NCBI GenBank assembly: GCA_046563655.1
Contig: CM102283.1
Span: 2,542,001 to 2,606,000 of the forward strand
Direction: 5' to 3'
Length of the DNA stretch: 64,000 bases
From: Yuukianura sp. NJ FZ-2021
Taxonomy: Eukaryota
Position 1 is the stretch's first letter; the number at the start of each line of letters is the position of its first letter. The position numbers and the translations under genes are program-made. Below, one piece after another: positions 1-11,678 of this stretch. The notes below the pieces were generated by a model, which was not told where the DNA came from, did not search any database, and saw nothing but the letters and a program-made list of their open reading frames with translations.

Positions 1-72
1 AATTTTCAGAGTTGACAATCGTGCAAGTTGAGATGTCCGAATGTAGGATAAGATCTTTTTGTTGGTTCATCC

Positions 73-1339
73 CTACCCAGAAACGCCAAACTGTTTCTCA
101 AATGTAGCCTTATTTTCCAAAATCCATTGTTCCAATGTCAAAACGTCCGGTAGGAATTTCCTTGCAGCATTCAAACTGCGTAATGCACAGCACTCTTTGT
201 TGTAATCCCGAAAATATTGAAAAATAGCTGCCAAGTCATCTACAAAAAATAAAAGTCGAGTCAAACATCTACATTGCAATTATCACTCTATGAATTAAGC
301 AAACCTGCTCCAGGAAATGGAAGTTTAGCAAAATCTTGTGGCTCCATTGCATTGTAAACAACAGTTTTGCCGAAATGTTTTGTGAACAATTTAGCAACGT
401 CGTCAAATGATATAACGTCTCCTACGGCAGCTATTGTCTGACCAATGCAACTGGGATTCTCGAATGCTTTGGCAGCCATTTTCCCAATGTCTTTTGTAGC
501 CACCAGCGGAATTCCAACATGACCCAAGGAATACGTAATGGAAAATGTACCGTCGGCTTCAGGCTTCGGTCCCACTACAGTTTCAAAAGTTAGTCAAGCA
601 GTAGACAAAATTGGCAATTGACTTTGGAAACAGGACAAAATTGGCAGTATTTTGGAACCTACACGAGTCCTTGAATGTAATGAAGTTGTCGCAAAATCCA
701 GAAACGAGCAGAGCCGTTGTTGGAACTGTTTTGCAAACATACGGTAGAACTTCTCCTTTTCCGTCGAATTCAGGCACAGTGTACTTCCCAAAAAGAATTG
801 GCATTGTACCTTCCTTGACCTGAAATGGCACTTCAACTTCAAAATCTCACGTTTAAAAAAATTACAAAAGTGGACTCTACACTTACAATTTTGCGTGTAT
901 CTTCCAACGTAGAAATTACAACGTGCTTGAGTCCAGCGGCTGCAGCAGCATCGGCCAAGTTTTTTGTTTGTTGGATTTCATGCTCGACGTCTCCCGCATG
1001 TTCCCAGTAGTTAGTCACAAGAAATGCCCCTGAAATTTAAAAAAAAATTATGAAAAAACACATTTTCACCGAAAAGTTTTGTTTGTCTGTATTCACTGCC
1101 TTGAAGATAAATTAACTCAGAGTACCGTAGGCTCCTTGGAAGGCTTTTTTCAAAGACTCCACGTCATCTGCGTCAGCTTGGGCAATGTCGGGGCAAATTT
1201 TGGCGAGTTCCTTGGCCTTGTCCGAATTGACGTTACGCGTCACCGCCCGCACGGCAAACTTTCCATTTTTCAACAATGCTCTAACGACACCTCCACCTTG
1301 GGATCCGGTGGCTCCCAGTACAGCAATAATGTCGTTCAT
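73..1339 (-). CDS. NmrA-like NAD(P)H-binding atypical SDR (NMRAL1/HSCARG family), copy 1, 5 exons
   Basis: Exons translate to MNDIIAVLGATGSQGGGVVRALL (GxxGxxG), VRAVTRN, AFLVTNYWE, NLADAAAAAGLKHVV, VPEFDGKGEV, DIGKMAAKAF, FAKLPFPGA-DDLAAIFQY; GT-AG introns of ~30-95 nt. Confidence 0.9.
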
Positions 1340-1667
1340 TTTGCTACTGACGCTGTTTAGGATTACTCGACCGTTGCAGAGGATCCACGGTAAAATGAAT
1401 ATAAATAGCTTTTCAAGGTTAGACAACTCAAACTCATTCAACCAAAACCTTATTAAACTGGTGTTTGCATTGAAGGACGACGATCAATCTTATAACTTCT
1501 CCGAATTACTATAAACAGAAAAAGAGAGACTTGAGGCTGAGCTGAGTTTTTTGCAACCCGTCATTCTTTCGCATTCAGTTTTTAACTAACCCAAGGCTAA
1601 ACCCCACAATTATTATATTGTAAGTAACCATTTAAAAAAACAGAAAAAAGTTCAAGTTTTCTCATGT

Positions 1668-1945
1668 GATGGAACTTTTCCTTTATCCGGACTCAAATGA
1701 TCTTTCAAAAATTTTGAAAAAAATCAAGCTTAGGTTAACATGTTTGAAATCTTGAAGAGCTGCTTTCCTGCAACTTGCAAGTATATTTTGCTTTAATTTT
1801 AATTTTTGCGCTACATGCTCTATGGTATATGTGGATCCCAATCGAAATTTTAATAAAACTTTAAAAAATTTTATGTAAAAAAAATTTGGACAATTAACTG
1901 CACAGAAGAAGATTTCAAAAAAGTTAAAAGAGTGGAAAACTTTAC
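1668..1945. repeat. Diverged dispersed repeat, partner at ~4981-5255
   Basis: Colinear blocks atggaactttt..cggactcaa..tttcctgcaacttg.aagt..gtatrtgtg.atcc..tttcaaaaaagt.aaagagtggaaaa in both places. Confidence 0.6.
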
Positions 1946-2208
1946 ATGTATGAACTTCAAAGTAAGTTTGAGGCTGTTTTACTGAACTTTTTAAATTCTC
2001 AATTAGCAATAGTGCAAAATTTGAACTTCGACATATTCTAATAAATTCCTTTAAAAACGGACTTAAAATGAATTTGTTTTGAGTATTCTTTATCGAAAAG
2101 TAGCGAAATTGTAGTAGGTAGAAAATCATGTAATGCAGAGGTGTGCTGGAGCTGGACTGGAAGTTGAGATGTCCGAATGTAGGATAAGATCGTGCTGTTG
2201 CTTCATCC

Positions 2209-3519
2209 CTAAGCAGAAACGCCAAAGTGGGCAGAAAATGTAGCCTTATTTTCCAAAATCCATTGCTCCAATGTCAAAACGTCCGGTAGGAATTTTCTAG
2301 CAGCATCCAAACTGCGTAGTGCACAGTACTCTGTGTTGTAATCTCGCCAGTATTGGAAGATGGCAGCCAAATCATCTACAAAAACAGAAATGGAATGAAA
2401 TTTCTTCCCTGCGATTATCACATTAATTAAGCAAACCTGCTCCAGGAAATGGAAGTTTAGCAAAATCTTGTGGCTCCATTGCATTGTAAACAACAGTTTT
2501 GCCAAAATGTTTTGTGAACAATTTAGCAACGTCGTCAAATGAAATAACGTCTCCTACGGCAGCGATTGTCTGACCAATGCAACTCGGATTCTCGAATGCT
2601 TTGGCAGCCATTTTTCCAATGTCTTTTGTAGCCACCAGTGGAATTCCAACATGACCCAACGAATACGTAATGGAAAAGGTACCGTCGGCTTCAGGTTTCG
2701 GTCCCACTACAACAGTTTCATTCATAAGTCAGGCAGTTGACATAATTCGCAATTGACAAATTTGGAAACAAGACAAAATTGGCAGTATTTTGAAACTTAC
2801 ACAAGTCCTTGAATGTAAGGAAATTGTCGTGAAATCCACAAACCAGCAGAGCCGTCGTTGGGACTGTTTTGAAAACGTATGGTAGAACTTCTCCTTTTCC
2901 GTCGAATTCGGGCACAGTGTACTTCCCAAAAAGAATAGGCATTGTACCTTCCTTGACCTGAAATGGCACTTCAACTTCAAAATCCAACGTTTAAAAAAAT
3001 TACAAAAGTGGACTCAACACTTACAATTTTGCGTGTATCTTCCAACGTAGAAATGACAACGTGCTTGAGTCCAGCGGCTGCAGCAGCATCGGCCAAGTTT
3101 TTCGTTTGTTGGATTTCATGCTCAACGTCTCCAGCATGTTCCCAGTAGTTTGTCAAAAAGAACGCTCCTAAAATAACAAAACAAAATATTTTTTTTTTAA
3201 AATTCATTTTTTTCGGATTTTTTTTGGTTTGTTTGCATTCACTACATTCAGAAATTTTTAGGGAATTTTGTCCTCCCAAATCATGTTTTAATTAACTCAC
3301 TGTACCGTAAGCTCCTTGGAACGCTTTTTTCAAAGACACCACGTCATCTGCGTCAGCTTGGACAACTTCGGAACAGATTTTGGCGAGTTCCTTGGCCTTG
3401 TCTGAATTGACGTTACGTGTCACGGCCCGAACAGCAAACTTGCCATTTTTCAACAATGCTCTTACGACACCCCCACCTTGCGACCCGGTGGCTCCCAGTA
3501 CAGCAATAATGTTGCTCAT
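2209..3519 (-). CDS. NmrA-like NAD(P)H-binding atypical SDR, copy 2 (tandem paralogue), 5 exons
   Basis: Near-identical exons and intron positions to copy 1; 3' flank also duplicated (27-55 vs 2163-2190). Confidence 0.9.
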
Positions 3520-6309
3520 TTTACAATAGACTCTTTTCTGAAATGACAGGACTGTTACAGAGGCTAGACTCAAAATGAAATTGCTGTTCAAGGTTAGACA
3601 GTTCAAACTTATACGGCCAAAACCTAAACCGGTTTCAACTATTAAATGTTTCTTGCATGGCATGACAGGCATTTTATCACCACAGCTAATAATGCAGCAA
3701 AAAATGAAACTTGCGGCTGATTAAGTTGAGTCATGCTGCAAACACATAACAGCACCCTTCATTCGTTCGTGTTCAGTTTTTCTTAATACTTGGCCAAAAA
3801 TTATATTTTAACCATTTGAGAGGCTCAAAAATACTAAACTTTAAGTTTTGCCATTTTCTTTGAAAGAGTCGGACGACACGCGCTTTCCTAAATCCAGTTG
3901 GAACGAGTCTTCAAAACGTCGTATCACCACCACTGCAGTCCAAGGAATGCTGAATCAATTGATTGGCTTTTATTAGCATTCAATGTATTGTAAACTCATA
4001 TTGGAACATGAAAGAATTCGTTTTCAAAATTTGGAGAATTTGTTAAAATATATGAATTTAAATAAAGTACTATAAAGAAAAGTACATGCTTTGAATAGTG
4101 AGACACATAGAATGACGGTGCAGTATGTTACTCTCATAAGAATTCACAGCACATTCGTTTATCCCAACAAAAAGATGGAGAGAGTCAGACTGTTCCTCAG
4201 AAGTTTCAGAAAACTTTGAAAAATTGGGTCAAATTGGGATTTATGGCGGAAGAACTTTTTGCAAAATTGCAAAAAATGTTCAACTGCTCCCAGGTTTCTG
4301 CAGTCTGGTCCACACATCATATCCATTTAGTTTATTTGAGTAACCCCACCGGAGCCAGTCGGTGGGGCCGCCGGTGGCTCAAGTAGTCTTTCCAAAAAAA
4401 GACATATATGTTTTTTATTTGTTCAAATGGAAGAGATGAAGATGACCAAAGTCATAAATGACAAGGAAAAGAACTTTCGAAAGAGAACAAGAAAGAAGAT
4501 CAGTCGAGTTTCCTCGAAGAAGAAATAAAAGTTGAAAAGGAAAGTTTTATTTTTGAAAAAAAAATTTCCGGGAAAATGAAAATCTTTTGTGCACGTCGCG
4601 TCTAGTACTTTGAGTTAAGATTTTTTCAAAAGCCTTCTAAATCCTTGTCAATTGACGTCAGTTAAAAGCTGACCAGAGAAGTCGTTTGGACTGTGGGTTA
4701 GGTTAAAGTTCGGCTAAGGTTAGGCTAAAGTTAGGTTTTGAGCGAGCGAGCAGAAAAACTACTCAAGCTTGTAGCAATAATGGAATCTTAGACTAAAATG
4801 CTTTACTTGTCCGTTTCAAGATTTTGAAACTGATCTGTCAAGATTTCGTTCTTTTTTGAAAAAGTGTTCGACACAAAAGGATTTTCTAGACGAGATTTTT
4901 CAATTCAATTTTAACAACATGGACCATTTCAAATCTGGATGAGGGAGAGATTGTGTCGTTCCGCTCAAATTCAACGATTCATGGAACTTTTTTCTCTATT
5001 CGGACTCAAGAGGTCTTTGAAGAGTTAAAAAAATGCAAGGTTGGTTTCAAATTTTGCAAATTTTAGAAAATTTTCCTGCAACTTGTAAGTCGTAAGTATG
5101 TGTGGCTTCGCTTTTCAGTTTTGCAGACTTAACGCTCCAGGGTATGTGTGAATCCAAATGTAAAAGGTTTATTTAACTTTTCTGTTTAAAAAAAAGTAGT
5201 TTTTTTTTAGAACAACGCATGAGATGGTTTCAAAAAAGTACAAAGAGTGGAAAATTTTGTTTGAAAAGAGAAAGTTTTCGGTGTGTGGTTACACTGTCTG
5301 CCTTTGGGCTTCTGTGATTTGATTAGTTCCAGAAAAAATGCCTTTCACATTTCGTATCTCCTTTGAATTCCCGCTGATATCCACTTTCACTTTGTCTTCC
5401 TTTCGCTTTCACTTTCGATCTAGTTTTACTTTCACTTTTAGCAATACTTCTCATTAGCAGAGATAGCTCGACACTCATTAACGGGAAGTCATGTACCACA
5501 CGCTCCACTAAAGTCCATGAACAGGCAGTTCTAAACCTTCCCAAGCTTTGTTTATGCTTAAAAATTTCATCCGTGCAAACGTTTCCGTATAAGAAAGTTC
5601 TGACGTCTTTGGGAAAACCACTTTTACGGCGGAACAATATCAGTCCCATGCTTTTCTGTTTATTAGACGAGCCCTTTTAAATTACTTTCTCCTAATCACT
5701 AATACTCAGACCTTGCAGATAGAATTTCACTGTCAGAATCAGAAACCTACAGAAAACGCAAGGCGGAGGCTCATTCTTTTTCTTTCACAAAGATCAGATC
5801 TCATTTCCAATCAGTTTCACAAAAGACGTAAAAGTCAAGGTCACAGCAGGACACGACTCCATCTTCTTTCTTAATCATCCGAGGCATTGAGCTTGCCGGG
5901 AAACATAAAAAAACGAAATTTAAAAAACACGAAAAAAATTGTACATTGTATATACTTTTAGTTTTGTAGTATAAACTTTTGCTTTCAGCGTAATTCTGGA
6001 CAAACTACTAAAAAAATTAGTAAACACTGTTTTACGCATGAACTGGTACTTACCTACTACTTTTCACTTAGGAACTTTTGTGGCCGTAATTACTTTTCAA
6101 ATTTTGGATTTTCCGAGGTTTCGCGAAATTTTGAAAATGTAATTTCCGGTAGTGGGTTTTCATAGAAAGACATAAAATGAGGAGAAAGCGCTCATGATGT
6201 TATAGCTTATTACTCGAAAATGTAATGGAGATTGAAGCTTTACTGTCATAAATCAATTTTCGCGCTCCTCGTTAAGTTTAAACTTTTCCGCCTCCGCGTG
6301 ACCCAATTT

Positions 6310-6605
6310 CCCTTCAAAAACATACTTTTTCAAAAACTAATTGAAACTCAATATTTATTTCCAAATCCTCTAGAAGTCAACTTTGCTGCATTTCGAAAAA
6401 AAAAGTGTGTAGGAGGAAATTTTCTCGCAAGTTTTGTGTGATTTTGCGTTTTTTTTTTCTTAAAATCCAGGGATATTTTGTTAAGTTGGGCATGACAACA
6501 AGAAAACGAAGGAGGACGAAGGTTATTGCAATGTGAACATTGCGGAACAAGTTTTAAGTTTCACGAAGTCGAAGATCGGAAATTGTTGATGATGATTTGT
6601 TCACT
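6310..6605 (-). pseudogene. Duplicated remnant of the gustatory-receptor terminal exon plus 3' flank (partner ~8180-8475)
   Basis: Strong similarity (caactttgctgca, gtgtaggaggaaattt, gatattttgttaagttgggcatgacaacaa, gtttcacgaag); minus strand reads EQIIINNFRSSTS* vs YEIIIIQFSSSSS* in the GR. Confidence 0.65.
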
Positions 6606-6850
6606 TTCCAGATATATTTATTGGTTTTCTGCAATATAATCAAAATTTTTGATGATCAATGCCTAATAATATTGCATTTATATTATTAAAATAAAGCCAA
6701 CGAATTCATATCTAATATTTAATGCAAGCGCAATCACGTGTACGAATTGCTTCAACGTGTAAACAGTTTTTAAACTACTTTTAAGCTACCTTTCGAAAAA
6801 ATTAAACAAATTTTGCTCGTTTTAAATCAAGTTGTTTGTTTTTAATTATA

Positions 6851-7795
6851 TTAGGAACGAATTTCTTCTCGGCAGTAGTCAAAAACGTCCTTATTTTCCT
6901 CATAAACGCAGTTGTATCCAATCAATTTCGGTTCCAATGATTCAGCATTCTGGCAAATCCAGTCGGCCAAGTTGTTGCAAAGTAAATGGTCGTCCGTTTC
7001 TTCATCCTCTTCATGTCCAACAATTACAGTCGATTGAGAATTCAGTAACAGTTGATCAAACTTATGTTCTTCTAGATGAGTCCAGCGCCTGTTTCCAGAA
7101 AGATCTACTTGCGCATTAGGATTCACTCCGTCAAAACTATCGGAAGCAATACTATCAAGTGTTACAGGATTATTTGTTATTGCCAAAAATTCCAAACTTG
7201 GTAAAGACGAAAATGGCATTTTATCAATTCGGACTACTCCAGCATCAGATATCACAATTCGCCGTAGCTTTGGCATTGGAACAAATGCTAAGTCTGGAAT
7301 AACCACATTGCCATTTTGAAAAGTAAATTCGGTGAGGACCTGAAAGCTTCGAACAAAGTTGAAAAGTTCTGCTTCTTGAAACGGTTTAACCATCACGAAC
7401 AGAAACTCCAAAATTTCGGTATACTCATAAGTACTGGGAAAGGCATTTTCGTCAAAATAATTTAATTCCACTACATTTGAAACCGTAATTTTACGAAATC
7501 GAACGTCCAAATTCAAATTCTCAAAGATTGTAACACTTCTGGGACAGTAGGAAAAGTCTGCGATAAAGTGGTCGATGACGGTAGAAGAATTGCCAATAGC
7601 CAAACCGATGGCAATGAGCATGGGTTGCAGTTCAGAATCGTCTGTTGGATAACAGGCGATTCCTGTTGCGGTTTCGTTTATTACAAAACAATTACAGTTG
7701 GCCGGTAGGGAGGAGCAATAATATGGTTCCTGAGCACTTGCACAGATGCTGAGCAGTACAACTACTCCTATGGTGGCAACAACGTTCGAAAACAT
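6851..7795 (-). CDS. Secreted leucine-rich-repeat protein, single exon, 314 aa
   Basis: Signal peptide, Cys-rich N-cap (CSSLPANCNC), LRRs (LRRIVISDAG, LEFLAITNNP, VDLSGN), C-cap LLCNNLADWI; no TM. Confidence 0.85.
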   Translation of the reverse strand: MFSNVVATIGVVVLLSICASAQEPYYCSSLPANCNCFVINETATGIACYPTDDSELQPMLIAIGLAIGNSSTVIDHFIADFSYCPRSVTIFENLNLDVRFRKITVSNVVELNYFDENAFPSTYEYTEILEFLFVMVKPFQEAELFNFVRSFQVLTEFTFQNGNVVIPDLAFVPMPKLRRIVISDAGVVRIDKMPFSSLPSLEFLAITNNPVTLDSIASDSFDGVNPNAQVDLSGNRRWTHLEEHKFDQLLLNSQSTVIVGHEEDEETDDHLLCNNLADWICQNAESLEPKLIGYNCVYEENKDVFDYCREEIRS

Positions 7796-8430
7796 TACTG
7801 GTCTGTAGCGAAAGTTATAGTTAAACTGTGATGGTAAACTTATCGTAAGGTTGAAAATGATGCATGCGATGCAAATGATTTTATAGTGAGCAACTGAAAT
7901 TCACCGAGGTATGTGTCAAATCAAGTTTTGAGGTACAAACTCTATAGATAAGGATATTTTTATCTAGAAGTTTGGATACTTCATAATGATGAACGTTTCA
8001 TCACCCAAAACGAATTTTCTACAGCGTTTATTATGTCAAGTGTTTTCTACTTTCATCAGACAAAAACAAATACAATGATTCCATGGAAAAAAAATCGTTT
8101 TTGTACGTATGACTACCCACACAACCCTTGAGATAAAAAAATAACGTAAGCTCTTTTGTCATCAGCGTTTCCAGCGTTTTCTCCGAAAAACTTGCTTTTT
8201 CAAAAACAAATTGAAATTGAATATTTATTTCACAATTCTCCAAAATTCAACTTTGCTGCACTTCAAGAAAAATGTGTAGGAGGAAATTTGTCGTAAGTTT
8301 TGTATGATTTTGTGTTTTTCTTGTTCAAATCCCAGGATATTTTGTTAAGTTGGGCATGACAACAACAAAAAACGAGGGAGGTCGAAGGTCATTGCGAAGC
8401 TGATGCTGCTAAGCTAAATAGTTTCGAGTT

Positions 8431-10677
8431 TCACGAAGATGAAGATGAGAACTGGATGATGATGATTTCGTACGTAGCGATGGCACTCACGAGCTGTTAG
8501 AAAGAGAAAGTAACATACAAAAAGCCCATTAGAGAGAAAGTAATTCAAGAAAGAAGGAGGAAAAGAAGTTACGGAAGCAATGAAATTCCGATTCAGAACG
8601 AAATATCCGTTTCCTGAGAGAGCAACATTTCCCGTCCTGACCTGGTTGCAGAATCTCTCCATCTGGAAATTCAGACAATTCAGACTTTTAGTGAGGCCAT
8701 CAAAGAAACTCTTCCAAGAAAACAGGAGACAAGCACCCACGTTGTTCTACTTCTCTAAGTTCCGGGTAGTTACTTTGCAACTTTTCACTTTATTTTTTCA
8801 AGTTACTCCCACTGTGCAAATGTTGCTTCTTCCATTTTTTGCAAATCTTGGCCAAATTTGTCACTTGGTTGCTATTGTAGTTTGGACGAACTTCAGAATT
8901 TGCAACTTTTCAGTAATTTGGCCCGTATCGGATAAATTCGCAAGTTTTGGCCATTTTTGGTTTGTCTACTATAAGTTTCTTAAGTTTATCTGCTGTGAAT
9001 AACCATTTTGCAACATTTCACAATTTGCCAATTCTTGGAAACTTTGCACACAATTGTCAGTTTGAGGGATATGTTCCCAGTTTTTTGTTTGTTTCTTTTT
9101 TTCTTTACTTTTTTTGAATTTTTTTGAAAGTTTGGGCTAAATTGGGTTGGCCACTTTTGTCAAAAAGGAGCTTACCAGGATGAAGTGGTCTTCGGTGTGT
9201 CTTTCTTCAGAGAATTCCATGAGAATATCCAGTGTTCGATTGGTTTCTTGATTAAGCTTGGAAGCCATTAGAGCAGAACTGAAAATTCTGCTGAGGAGAT
9301 AAGTGAAAGCGTACGACGCTTCAAAAACAATCCATGGCTTCGGACTAGTAATTTCTGTGGCCAGGCCAAGGTAAACACGCGAGAACAAATACAGAATGTT
9401 GAAAGTATACGTTGCCATTATTATGCTTCCTAAACACTCATCAACTTTCTAAAAATTTAGAAAAAATTAGTGAAAGGTCAAAGGTCAAAGTTACAATCCA
9501 ATATGTCACCAACCTTAATTCCTAATGCAATGTCCCAGTGAATAGTTCTCAGAATTTCAAGTTCCTGGACCGATGGATGACACTGTTTCACAATTTCCAA
9601 AACTTTGTTGAATCTTCCATAATGGTATTTCAGCGTGTAACTGAAGAAGAAGATCAGCATGTCACCGTAAGCCCAAGACAGTTCCATGAATTGACCTTGA
9701 AATAACAAAAAAGGTCAAGGTCATTGACTTTTGAGTTGAGGTCATTGACCTTTACCTATGACCATGACGAACGCTGCTGTCCAGGGATTGACCAATTCTT
9801 TCAAAATGTAAATTTCAGCGACAGTTAGTATATAAGTTTCCACGGAGTCCGGTTCAGTTCGAATTCCAATTCCGTTGAAGTATGACAATGAGCCAGTCAT
9901 GGCCATACAGAAGTAGACATGCGTAAGAACCCAGACGCTTAAAACGAAATTGGATTCACTGCGCATGCGTCGTGCTGCTCTGAACCGTTTCTTCAATGGT
10001 GCAAGCAGTTTTGCCACGGCGGCTCCAATAGCTCCACCTTTCGGATTTGGCTGTGCAAGAAAACCTCCTGGAATCACGCCTCGCAGTTTCTGGAATCCTT
10101 TGTTCCAAGCTTGTCCACGATCGTCACCTAAAATTCCACAATTTCAAAAAAAAATCAAAAGTTTTTCATCAAATTTTGAAACTTTTCTCAACAAAACCTC
10201 GACTCACATCAAATCATACTTAACTTAATGCTTCGATTATCTGAAAATTTGAATTTCTTGACCAAGCTTACAACATGGAAAATCCACGAGTGATTCCAGT
10301 CGTGTAAGTTTCTTTTCCAGAATCAACCAATCAGTAAACAGTTCTGGAAAATTTTTGGATTGGTAGATGAAAAGTGACATGGTGATGGCAATTTGGAGAT
10401 GGTAGACGACATCCATAAACTCTTCAACCAGATTCGTGTCAGCCGAACCGATTTCTCTCGCGAAAATGGTCACTGCCATGAAAAATATGGCATAATACGC
10501 TGGTAAAATAAGGACACTTAGAACTGTGAAGATTGACTTTGGAGAATGTAACACTTCACAGTCACTAATACGACGCAAATGAATCATTCCGGCAACTCGG
10601 CCGATGCGCAGAAGTGGCCAAAGGCTGTCCAGAAATTCATATTTTGGAGCCATTTCTCGTTTTACCTTGACCTTCAT
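8431..10677 (-). CDS. Gustatory receptor (7tm_7), sugar/trehalose-receptor-like, ~6 exons
   Basis: Hydrophobic exons; FMELSWAYGDMLIFFFS; C-terminus MERFCNQVRTGNVALSGNGYFVLNRNFIAS/LVSAIATYEIIIIQF matches the GR TYhhhhhQF signature, with a phase-0 intron before TM7. Confidence 0.88.
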
Positions 10678-11678
10678 GGAGCTGTCACAAAAACAAATCA
10701 CATGAATAAAGAAATGTACAGAAAATTCCGATTTTCAAAATTCCAGAATTTTTTTAAATCTGAAATCCGTCACCACAGAAAGTTTTTTTTTGTTGTAAAA
10801 TTTTTTTTGCCTTGTGTGTCCAATATATATTGAAATTGAAACAAACAAAAATCGGCATCTCAATTTGTGTAACTTTTGCAATTCCTTTGTTTTTTTTTTC
10901 CAAACTCCATGCAAATACTTTGTCCGTATTTCAAAACAAGATTCGTCCAAATTGAGTGTCAAATAATCCAATCTGATTGAATTTTAAACCGAAATTTTGA
11001 ATTTTTTTTTGAATACCTTGTTGGAAGCACTCGAATTTTATGAACTTGTTTTTCAACCATTTGGAGAGACGAGTGACACAAAAATGAGAAACGCTTGTGT
11101 GTTCTTTCAACAATTTCCTGTTTCAATTTTTTGTATAATAAAATACATTATTGTGCAATAATACAAAAATCGACAGGCAATACATATCCTATGTCAATTT
11201 TGAGGACAGGAAACACAAAGCAAACTACGCGAAGCCATGATAAAACTCACATAAAAAAATCAAATTACAGGAAAATTTTTTTGGTGGTAAATTGAAAATC
11301 AAAATGAAAAAAAAAATTGGAAAATGAACCATTTTCATTTGAATTTGGAATGAAATGTGAATGGGCCTTGACAGCTATAAAATTTGTTGTAGTGGCCATA
11401 ATTGGCATGCGGAACGTCATGTTTTTCGAAAAGAAGAAAACGAAAAACGAAACTTTTTTTCGGTTTAAGTTCAACTCAAATTGAAGTTTTTTTTTTTGCT
11501 CAGTTTGACCTCAATTCACATTGATTTTGATCCGTGTCAAAAACAATGCCCAATAATATGAAAATATAGAATGAGGTCAACAAAAATTGAAAAAAAAAGC
11601 CGTTTCTTCATTATTTCTGGAAAACCCAGCTTCAGAAAAGCAAAATTTGTTTCTAGATTTAGAAAAAAAAAATTCAAA

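Noticed and set aside
1683-2225. 180-aa minus-strand ORF
   Set aside because: F/K/L/I-rich translation of AT-rich intergenic repeat, overlapping the NmrA 3' end; no motifs
4695-4740. TTAGG-like telomeric repeats
   Set aside because: Only a few degenerate units
5323-5649. 108-aa ORF
   Set aside because: No recognisable domain or splice model; could be a relic but unsupported
11571-11678. N-terminal extension MRSTKIEKK.. of the 521-aa ORF
   Set aside because: A-rich upstream read-through; the signal peptide and paralogue alignment start at 11679
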